DNA of 64,000 nt from Candidatus Thalassarchaeum sp. GTDB taxonomy: Archaea > Thermoplasmatota > Poseidoniia > Poseidoniales > Thalassarchaeaceae. Positions within the stretch are counted from its first letter, which is position 1. Every line of letters begins with the position of its first letter. The stretch is taken from the NCBI GenBank assembly GCA_022449345.1, contig JAKURL010000002.1, positions 36,302-100,301 of the forward strand, read 5' to 3'. The notes under the pieces are model-generated. The model made no database searches. It saw only the letters and a list, made by a program, of their open reading frames with translations, and was not told where the DNA came from. Positions 50,996-58,067 of the stretch are shown piece by piece. Made by a program: the position numbers and the translations under genes.

Positions 50996-52210
50996 ATGCT
51001 AACCGTCGAGGCATTTAGGGTTGAAGTCGGGCGCGAGGAGGCGGGAGGAACGGACTTGAGCGGGCTAACTCTAGTTGGAAGCGGCTGGCATCCAGCACTG
51101 TTCCGCTCAGAGGCAGAGGCATTAGTTGGTCCAGTCGGTTTTGTTCATCCAAGGGTTGTAATTACTAATTCGATAGATGAGGAAGCGCTCAATCGTCTAA
51201 GCAGATCAGCTCTAGTTGACGAAGTGCTTTGCAAAGCAGAACATAGCGAGGTTATTGAACCAACAAGAATAATCCAACGAATTACAGATTGGGCAAGCAA
51301 GAATCTACCAAACGGAAGCTTTGCGGTCAGAGTCAGAGTAATCGGTTCGGGTTTAGCAGGCTTTTCGCGGTCCGCTATCGCACAGGGTGTGGGAGGAGAA
51401 CTCTCTAGTGATTCGCATCCAGTAGATTTGGAAAACCCAGAAAATGAAATTGTAGTAATTCTAGCAGGCCCAGAAGACCCACCAAACCATCCTGACCCAT
51501 TATACCTCTCACCACCGATGATAATCTGGGGATTGAAACAAGAAAATTGGCAGCGTTCAGGTTGGGGAGGTCGTTCACCGATGGACCGCCCATTTTTCCA
51601 ACCGGTGTCTTTGGAACCAAGATTGGCGCGACTGATGATTTCTCTTGGTCATCGCTCCGACACAGAACCTACAACAGTAATCGATCCGTTCTGCGGAACC
51701 GGTGGAATAGCAATTGAAGCCATGTTAGCAGGATTGAATGTCCTCGCAAGTGATCTTGACCCGAAGATGGTCAAAGGCACCAAGGAGAATTTGCAATGGG
51801 CATCTGAAGACCTCTGTAGCGGCTATTCTGCAACATGGGATGTGCAAGAGTCTGGCGTCGGGCTTACTCCTGATGTTTGGGGCAAGGTAGGTGGTGCAAT
51901 CTTTGCTTTCGACCCTCCATATGGCCGCAATGCTTGGAAGTCTGATGATGGTTACCAACTATTCCTCAAGGCCTGTTCTGCTGCTAGAACAATTGACCAT
52001 TCAGGCTCTCTATGTACACTTCTTCCAACTGACCCAGCGATTCTGAAAGATAATTCAGACGAACCGTTAGACTATCTCGTTATGGGCAAGCCTTGGTCAA
52101 AGGTGGTTGACGAAATGCTCGACCGTGGGTGGAAAGTAGCCCTGACTGCACCGGTCAAAGTTCACCGCTCGTTGGCACGATTATTGGTTGTCGCGCACCC
52201 GTCGCATTGA
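50996..52210 (+). CDS. THUMP-domain tRNA (guanine-N2) methyltransferase, Trm11/Trm-G10 family
   Basis: Motif I VIDPFCGTGGIAIEA; motif IV FAFDPPYG; an N-terminal THUMP-like region. Confidence 0.7.
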   Translation: MLTVEAFRVEVGREEAGGTDLSGLTLVGSGWHPALFRSEAEALVGPVGFVHPRVVITNSIDEEALNRLSRSALVDEVLCKAEHSEVIEPTRIIQRITDWASKNLPNGSFAVRVRVIGSGLAGFSRSAIAQGVGGELSSDSHPVDLENPENEIVVILAGPEDPPNHPDPLYLSPPMIIWGLKQENWQRSGWGGRSPMDRPFFQPVSLEPRLARLMISLGHRSDTEPTTVIDPFCGTGGIAIEAMLAGLNVLASDLDPKMVKGTKENLQWASEDLCSGYSATWDVQESGVGLTPDVWGKVGGAIFAFDPPYGRNAWKSDDGYQLFLKACSAARTIDHSGSLCTLLPTDPAILKDNSDEPLDYLVMGKPWSKVVDEMLDRGWKVALTAPVKVHRSLARLLVVAHPSH

Positions 52211-52236
52211 AATTCTGCGGGCTTTCGTCAGCGGCT

Positions 52237-52313
52237 GGGCGATTGGTGTAGTCTGGATATCATCTGGCGCTTCGGACGCTAGGACACGGGTTCGAATCCT
52301 GTATCGCCCACCA
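52237..52313 (+). tRNA. tRNA-Arg (anticodon TCG), CCA encoded
   Basis: Cloverleaf folded by hand: acceptor GGGCGAT/ATCGCCC, anticodon stem TGGCG/CGCTA with loop CTTCGGA, T-arm ACGGG-TTCGAAT-CCTGT, discriminator A, then CCA. Confidence 0.85.
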
Positions 52314-52317
52314 CTAA
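52302..52317. repeat. attL-like copy of a 16-bp direct repeat (tatcgcccaccactaa) overlapping the 3' end of tRNA-Arg
   Basis: Exact 16/16 match to 54016-54031. Confidence 0.8.
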
Positions 52318-52341
52318 TCATTTCCAAGTCAGAATGAACAT

Positions 52342-53382
52342 TCAAAGCAAATCCGAGTATGGAATTAAGTGCTTAATTTCCCCATACAAATTATTTCTTT
52401 GTTGTTTAAGTTCTTTGATTTCGATACTAACCGTTTCTTTGTATTTCTGCATTTTTCCTATATTTTTGGTTAGTTTTTGAATTTCCTCATCATTCTTTTT
52501 TATCTTGTCCTGTTTCCTTTCTTCTTTCCGCAATAATAGATTTGCATCTCGTACTTCCCTCTCAGCTTTTGCAACCTTGTCCGCTAATTTGCCTTCCTTC
52601 TTTTTGTTCATTTCTCGAGCGCTATCATTTCTAGCCTCTGCAGCACCATAACCAATGCCCAAGACAATAATACTTCCACAACAGCCCAACACAGGCATAG
52701 GCTCGTCCATGCTGTAACTTTCAGCGGCACTACTGGTAAACCAATTTGTTCTTTCATCATTTCCGTTGGAACAATCTTCTTTGTCATCTAGAACCTTAGA
52801 ACCATGAATCGTCTCTCCATTTCCACAATCAAATCCTTGCTCAAAATATGAATCCCTTTGAGTTTCCCAGTGCATCATACCGAGAGCCAAAATAATAATC
52901 GCTGCGATCCACCATCCAAGCAAGAATCCCTCGGAATCAACATAGACTGGATGTCTGTTAAGTTCTCTTCTCTTTTCATCCAATTGAACCTTTTTTGTTA
53001 CTTTTTTTACATTTTCTCTCAGTTCAACAAGTGTCCCAGAACTGATAGTTTTTTCTGCCCTACTTGTCCTTGAATAACGGATGATTCTCTTCTTTAATTC
53101 CTTTTTATTTCCAGAGACCGGCAGTCCATATCCGTGTAATATATCCTTCAATTGATTTACAGTTAGAGAATCGGGGATCGAGTCTCCCCACAACTGAGTT
53201 AAGTCATCAAGATCAAGTTGCTGGAATTGATTGTCAGATTCTAACTTCTCAATAAGTTTCTTTGATTTAGCCAATTCTTTAGAGTTAATTTTCTTCTTTT
53301 CTTGCAATTTAGCAATTTCTGCATTTTTTTTATAGATTTCTTTGAGAGATTTTTTGAGGAATTTCAGGTCTCTTTTCCCCAT
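52342..53382 (-). CDS. element cargo: coiled-coil protein with a SAP-like motif, two TM helices flanking a Cys-containing extracytoplasmic loop, and a K/E-rich C-terminal coiled coil
   Basis: LTVNQLKDILHGYGLPVSGNKKELKKRI SAP-like; TMs FLLGWWIAAIIILALGMM and VLGCCGSIIVLGIGYGAA; low-GC codon usage. Confidence 0.6.
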   Translation of the reverse strand: MGKRDLKFLKKSLKEIYKKNAEIAKLQEKKKINSKELAKSKKLIEKLESDNQFQQLDLDDLTQLWGDSIPDSLTVNQLKDILHGYGLPVSGNKKELKKRIIRYSRTSRAEKTISSGTLVELRENVKKVTKKVQLDEKRRELNRHPVYVDSEGFLLGWWIAAIIILALGMMHWETQRDSYFEQGFDCGNGETIHGSKVLDDKEDCSNGNDERTNWFTSSAAESYSMDEPMPVLGCCGSIIVLGIGYGAAEARNDSAREMNKKKEGKLADKVAKAEREVRDANLLLRKEERKQDKIKKNDEEIQKLTKNIGKMQKYKETVSIEIKELKQQRNNLYGEIKHLIPYSDLL

Positions 53383-53931
53383 TCAATCACCTAATCTCTT
53401 GTTTAATTGGAAATGAGCATCATCAACCGATTCGATAACTTGTTTCGCCTGTTTAATGTCCGCAAAGGACAATTTTGAGAAATGTTCAACTTTGACATCG
53501 TGGTCCTTAATTATGGTTTGAAGGTCCTCTATCTGGACAATTGCATATTCAGGATATTTTTTTGAATATTCCAATATTTTTTCTAATTCATCTTCGATTC
53601 CAAGGATAATCATTTTCAAATCTCCGACGAAATTTTCTTCCTTTTCTTTTCTCTCCAAATATCCTTTTACGTCCCATGCAATACTAGATAATGTGTCCAA
53701 TTTATTATCCAATTCAACAAGTCCACTCATGGTAGCAATTTGAAGTTCAGCGACGGATCCAATTGAATTTAGGATTAAATTTGTTGAACGTCTAATATCT
53801 TCAGATGTTTCTCTTTGCATAGCCCTCATTCTTCCGATGTCGGACTTCATTGACCTTAATTTGACGGAATTATACCCTGAGAATCCAAGACCGAAACCGC
53901 TACCCCAAGAGGTCTTTGGACGCTTGCTCAT
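53383..53931 (-). CDS. element cargo: 182-aa predicted helical cytoplasmic protein, unknown function
   Basis: ORF abuts the downstream gene with a 0-nt gap, which suggests an operon; same low GC. Confidence 0.55.
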   Translation of the reverse strand: MSKRPKTSWGSGFGLGFSGYNSVKLRSMKSDIGRMRAMQRETSEDIRRSTNLILNSIGSVAELQIATMSGLVELDNKLDTLSSIAWDVKGYLERKEKEENFVGDLKMIILGIEDELEKILEYSKKYPEYAIVQIEDLQTIIKDHDVKVEHFSKLSFADIKQAKQVIESVDDAHFQLNKRLGD

Positions 53932-54015
53932 TGATTATGCGTTAGTCCTTTCAAACTTAATCTCACCGCAATGTAATTTCTAGTCGGTGTAACTCATAAT
54001 TTGAACTGTAATCAT

Positions 54016-54031
54016 TATCGCCCACCACTAA
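54016..54031. repeat. attR-like copy of the 16-bp direct repeat (tatcgcccaccactaa)
   Basis: Exact match to 52302-52317. Confidence 0.8.
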
Positions 54032-54277
54032 CTCTCCACGGGGTCTTCCTTAGACCTCACTTTCTTTATCCAGCGGAATAGTAGTCTCGAGAATACCATT
54101 GAGAATGCTAGGAAAACTAGTGAGTACCACCAGGGGTTATTCTCGCTAGTGGCGATGAAATAGGTCACAATTAGAATGCCCATTCCGTAGAAGGCTCGAA
54201 AGATCGAGTAGGCAATGAATGACTTGACCAATGGATTTGCAAGAAACCGTTGCAACCAAGTTTGCTCAGGCAATTGG

Positions 54278-55408
54278 CTAATCCTCTCGCCTCCAATGAC
54301 TAATCTTGTCTCCACCGACCTCAATTTCTCTGAATTGTTGCAGACCAGCGGAAACCAATTCGGATTCAGAGAACACCGTTCCGTTTCCACTCAACTCGAT
54401 AGGCGATTGGCATAGGTGAGCTCTGTCGACTAATCCAGCTGCCAAGAATCTCCTCCATGTGTTTGGGCCGCCTTCAACGAGAAGTGATTGGGTTCCTCGA
54501 TCGCCAAGGAAATCTAGGATGCGAGCGATTGGGATTTCACCATCATCAGCCGCTAGGACTGCTCGCTCGACGTTTTCTGCATCCGAATCTGGTAATTCGA
54601 ATGGCTCGGCGTGAATCAGCAGTGTAGGTGCATGGCCATCATTCAGTAATTTGCAATCTGAGGGAGTTCTACCATTAGGATCAATGATAATGCGTGTAGG
54701 TGGATTTCGTGGCCCAATATCTGGTCCGCGTACCGTCAAAGAGGGGTCATCTCGAACCACTGTGTCAACCCCAACTAGAATCGCCATAGAATCAGCCCGA
54801 AGAGCATGAACAATCTCCAATGATTCCGCAGAGGAAAATCGCTGGGCAGGCTCGTTGGGATCACAATCAACTCTTCCATTTGCATCAATTGCAGCCTTCA
54901 ACAGAATCTCCGGGCGCATATTTTCGCACCAATGCATGAATTCACTCATCTGAGCATTGCATTCGTCAGCCAGAAGCCCAGAATCGACCTCAACTTCTGA
55001 TTTCATCAGTGTTGCAGCACCATCTCCACGAACTGTTGGGTTTGGATCATCAGCACCGATTACAACTCTCTTGACTCCTGCCCAAAGTAAGGCCTCAGTG
55101 CAAGGAGGAGTTCTCCCAAAGTGATTGCATGGCTCTAATGTAACATAGGCTGTAGAGCCCTGAGTTGGGACACCCTTTGCCTCAGCATCGGCAATCGCCA
55201 TTTGTTCTGCGTGCAAACCCCCCAAGTGGTCGTGCCACCCCTCAGCGATGATTTCTCCATTCTGAACTAGCACACATCCAACTAACGGGTTAGGCATTAC
55301 TCGATGCCTACCACGCTCGGCGAGCTCGATGGCTCGCCACATGAATTGTGCATCATCGTCCATGCTGTTCGGACCTTGCGAATGCCCCATCACACTTGAT
55401 TCCTCCAT
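54278..55408 (-). CDS. ribD: bifunctional riboflavin biosynthesis protein RibD (pyrimidine deaminase plus reductase), bacterial type
   Basis: CMP/dCMP-type deaminase zinc motif HAE...PCxxC (HAEQMAI...EPCNHFGRTPPC) and a RibD_C reductase half. Confidence 0.85.
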   Translation of the reverse strand: MEESSVMGHSQGPNSMDDDAQFMWRAIELAERGRHRVMPNPLVGCVLVQNGEIIAEGWHDHLGGLHAEQMAIADAEAKGVPTQGSTAYVTLEPCNHFGRTPPCTEALLWAGVKRVVIGADDPNPTVRGDGAATLMKSEVEVDSGLLADECNAQMSEFMHWCENMRPEILLKAAIDANGRVDCDPNEPAQRFSSAESLEIVHALRADSMAILVGVDTVVRDDPSLTVRGPDIGPRNPPTRIIIDPNGRTPSDCKLLNDGHAPTLLIHAEPFELPDSDAENVERAVLAADDGEIPIARILDFLGDRGTQSLLVEGGPNTWRRFLAAGLVDRAHLCQSPIELSGNGTVFSESELVSAGLQQFREIEVGGDKISHWRRED

Positions 55409-55447
55409 TCGCGAGGATTCAAGTTTAGTTCGGGCCCTCAGATAACT

Positions 55448-56479
55448 ATGCCGCGTATAGCCTGCATCCTCAATCCAAAGGCCAGAGACGGAATATCATC
55501 GAAAAGTTGGCCGGAATTTGAGACAGCACTTACAGCAGCAGGATTCGAAATCGACATTCACGAAACTCAGCATGTCGGCCATGCCATGTCAATCGCTCAC
55601 GATCTACTTTCTGACGACCACGATATGATTGTAGCAGTAGGAGGCGATGGTACAGCCCACGAAGTCGCCTCGGGCTTACGGGACAGCGGTCGTACCTTGG
55701 GTATCCTGCCGATTGGAAGTGGCAATGATTTCGCTCGCGCCTTAGGAATTCCACTCTTTGATGTTCAGGGCGCAGTGGATTTGCTGTCAAACGGAACTGA
55801 TCATTCAGTCGGGGCAGTTCGCGCTGAAGGACCGGCTGCAAGCGATCTGCCGCAATACAAGATACCACCACCTCACCCATGCAATGGAGAACCGAATCGA
55901 GAAGGTAATCTAGTCCGCTGGTCCTTCCTAGAAATCGATGGAGGGGTCACAAGCAGCGTAAATCGGATGAAGATTGCAGGTAAATTCAGTTGGATTCGCG
56001 GCCAAGCCAAGTACACCGCATTAGGTATTCGTGCAATTCTTGGATGGAAGACTCAACCTGCTTGGATGCGAATTAATGGAGGAGAGACGCAAACCGTTCC
56101 CCTTCAGGGCCTCTTCGTCCTCAGCCAGTGTGAAACTTTCGGGGGCGGATTCAGGGTTGCTCCAGGCGCTCATCCAAAGCGTGATTGTGCCTCACTCATC
56201 ATCGGTTTAGGATTGTCAAAACTACAGATGCTAGCAGTCATGGGTCCACTTGAGAAGGGTAAGCACATCGGCAAGTGGGGTAAGATTACTATGGAGGATT
56301 GCACATCATTCGAGATTGGTGCAGTAGATTCCGAAGGACAACCAAGCCAAACTCAACCACATAATCCTCCGTTATTCATTAATGTGGATGGAGAAGCTTG
56401 CCTAACGACTCCTTGCAGCCTCGAGTTTCATCCTCATCAACTAATTGTGCGCGGCGGCACTACAATTCCCAATGAATGA
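55448..56479 (+). CDS. lipid kinase with a diacylglycerol-kinase catalytic domain (YegS/BmrU-like)
   Basis: MIVAVGGDGTAHEV...LGILPIGSGNDFARALGIP. Confidence 0.8.
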   Translation: MPRIACILNPKARDGISSKSWPEFETALTAAGFEIDIHETQHVGHAMSIAHDLLSDDHDMIVAVGGDGTAHEVASGLRDSGRTLGILPIGSGNDFARALGIPLFDVQGAVDLLSNGTDHSVGAVRAEGPAASDLPQYKIPPPHPCNGEPNREGNLVRWSFLEIDGGVTSSVNRMKIAGKFSWIRGQAKYTALGIRAILGWKTQPAWMRINGGETQTVPLQGLFVLSQCETFGGGFRVAPGAHPKRDCASLIIGLGLSKLQMLAVMGPLEKGKHIGKWGKITMEDCTSFEIGAVDSEGQPSQTQPHNPPLFINVDGEACLTTPCSLEFHPHQLIVRGGTTIPNE

Positions 56480-56482
56480 TAG

Positions 56483-56568
56483 TGGCGCAGACGGAGAGAT
56501 TTGAACTCCCGAGTCCAAGGGACACCGGATTTCAAATCCGGCGCAATACCAGGCTATGCGACGTCTGC
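56483..56568 (-). tRNA. tRNA-Ser (anticodon TGA), type II with a long variable arm, CCA encoded
   Basis: Reverse complement folds as: acceptor GCAGACG/CGTCTGC, D-loop AGCCTGGTA, anticodon stem CCGGA/TCCGG with loop TTTGAAA, variable arm GTCC-ctt-GGAC, T-arm GGGAG-TTCAAAT-CTCTC, discriminator G, then CCA. Confidence 0.85.
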
Positions 56569-56622
56569 AGTAATCAGCCGTAGCGGCTACTTTTCATGAA
56601 TCTATGCGGTGGCTAAATCCAC

Positions 56623-56985
56623 TCAAAACTCGTAATATCCTGGTCTACACCATGCTGGAAGGCTTGTTGCAGCATCTGGATGAGTCAGGCCAACAAACAG
56701 AACCATGACGATGATGAAGAAGGCAGGGAATAGGGCTGTGAGCGTCAGGATTCCAGAATCCGCATCACCGTACAAGTGCATGAAAATCGCTGCTATCATG
56801 ATGAATTTTGGAATTGCAATGAAAGTTAGAATCCACAATGTCAAGACCTTCTCTGTAGTGTCATAGTCAGCGGCAAACTCGGATAGGTCTAATCCGACCG
56901 CCGCCACTTCAATGAAAGTCAAAATCATCAAGCCGTAGAAATTCATCCAGTAGGGGTCTTGCCCCAAAATCTTGTAATGCGCCAT
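56623..56985 (-). CDS. small 3-4 TM membrane protein in the cox operon (possible subunit IV-like)
   Basis: 120 aa, hydrophobic, directly downstream of coxC. Confidence 0.45.
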   Translation of the reverse strand: MAHYKILGQDPYWMNFYGLMILTFIEVAAVGLDLSEFAADYDTTEKVLTLWILTFIAIPKFIMIAAIFMHLYGDADSGILTLTALFPAFFIIVMVLFVGLTHPDAATSLPAWCRPGYYEF

Positions 56986-56996
56986 ATCTAATCACC

Positions 56997-58067
56997 TCAA
57001 TACAGATAGAAGAATGGGAACACCAGTACCCAAACCAGGTCAACAAAGTGCCAATAGAGACCGAAGTACTCAATCGATACAGCGTTATTAGGAGTGTAAA
57101 GTCCCTTCCAAGCCTTGAATGTCATGTAGCTCAAACCAATGATTCCACCCGCAACGTGAGCACCGTGAGTTCCGGTAGTCACGTAGAACAGGGATGCGGA
57201 GACTTGGATGTTCGCCACCATGTGTGCGCCTGTGGCCTCATCGACGTAGGAGTGGTGTTGGTAGTGGTCGGCATTGATTGTGTAGCCTTCGTCGACTAAG
57301 GAGATGATGTCGTGCTCGTGAAGGCCGATGGCGCTGATTTCTGGAACATAGAATCCAATGAACCACTCGATCATCTTCAGGGTAAGGAACAGACATGCGA
57401 GGAACCAAGTTGCCCCCAGGTATCGATATACCTTCTTTCGGCGTGCCTCGTCATCTAAGTCAGGCATCTTGGCATAGCGAAGTGCCTGTACAATTGTGAA
57501 TGAGGACAAAATCAGTGCGAATGTGTTGATTGCTCCGGGTGCTAGATGCCACCAGCTGGAAGCGATTAGATGGCTTGCTGGTTCGAAGCAAGTTACTGCA
57601 ACACCTTCCTGCCATCCGGTTGGATTTGTCGCTGGGTCGAACATTCCGCGATCGAAAACTGTGCCACAGTTCTCGATTCCGAGTCGGTATCTCATGTAGG
57701 TGCTGAATAGAGATGTGAATACCATCATCTCCGACATTAGGAAGACCCAAACTCCTACTTTTCGAATCTGGACTCCACGGAATGGAACTCCTGTGGCTAA
57801 TGGCTCGTAATGTCCGTCAAAGGACAGGTCCTGCCTCCACCAGATGAATAGAGCAAATCCGATTACTAACAATCCTAGCAGAATCATCGGAATGTTACCG
57901 GGGTTGTAAGTTCCGTACGACCAAGCTTCGGCCATAGCGAAGAGGAAAATCGCGATACCAATGGAGAGGAATATTGGGGAGAACGAATTGTGTGGAGCAC
58001 CATGGCCCCAGTCGTGTGGACCCCATGGCTCAGGAGTATGATAGTCATGGTCGTAATCGCCGCTCAA
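56997..58067 (-). CDS. coxC: cytochrome c oxidase subunit III
   Basis: 7-TM protein ending ...YWHFVDLVWVLVFPFFYLY; conserved His residues. Confidence 0.85.
   Translation of the reverse strand: MSGDYDHDYHTPEPWGPHDWGHGAPHNSFSPIFLSIGIAIFLFAMAEAWSYGTYNPGNIPMILLGLLVIGFALFIWWRQDLSFDGHYEPLATGVPFRGVQIRKVGVWVFLMSEMMVFTSLFSTYMRYRLGIENCGTVFDRGMFDPATNPTGWQEGVAVTCFEPASHLIASSWWHLAPGAINTFALILSSFTIVQALRYAKMPDLDDEARRKKVYRYLGATWFLACLFLTLKMIEWFIGFYVPEISAIGLHEHDIISLVDEGYTINADHYQHHSYVDEATGAHMVANIQVSASLFYVTTGTHGAHVAGGIIGLSYMTFKAWKGLYTPNNAVSIEYFGLYWHFVDLVWVLVFPFFYLY

Larger units (their letters stand above)
52314..54015. mobile_element. small AT-rich integrated element or remnant inserted at the tRNA-Arg 3' end; carries two genes and no integrase
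   Basis: Bounded by a 16-bp perfect direct repeat duplicating the tRNA 3' end; GC drops sharply (about 33% by eye) against roughly 50% outside the element. Confidence 0.55.

Noticed and set aside
54028-54390. 120-aa membrane-like ORF (minus strand) overlapping the 3' end of ribD by 110 nt
   Set aside because: The long same-strand overlap with a well-supported gene makes it doubtful. At most a short downstream-initiated peptide could be real.
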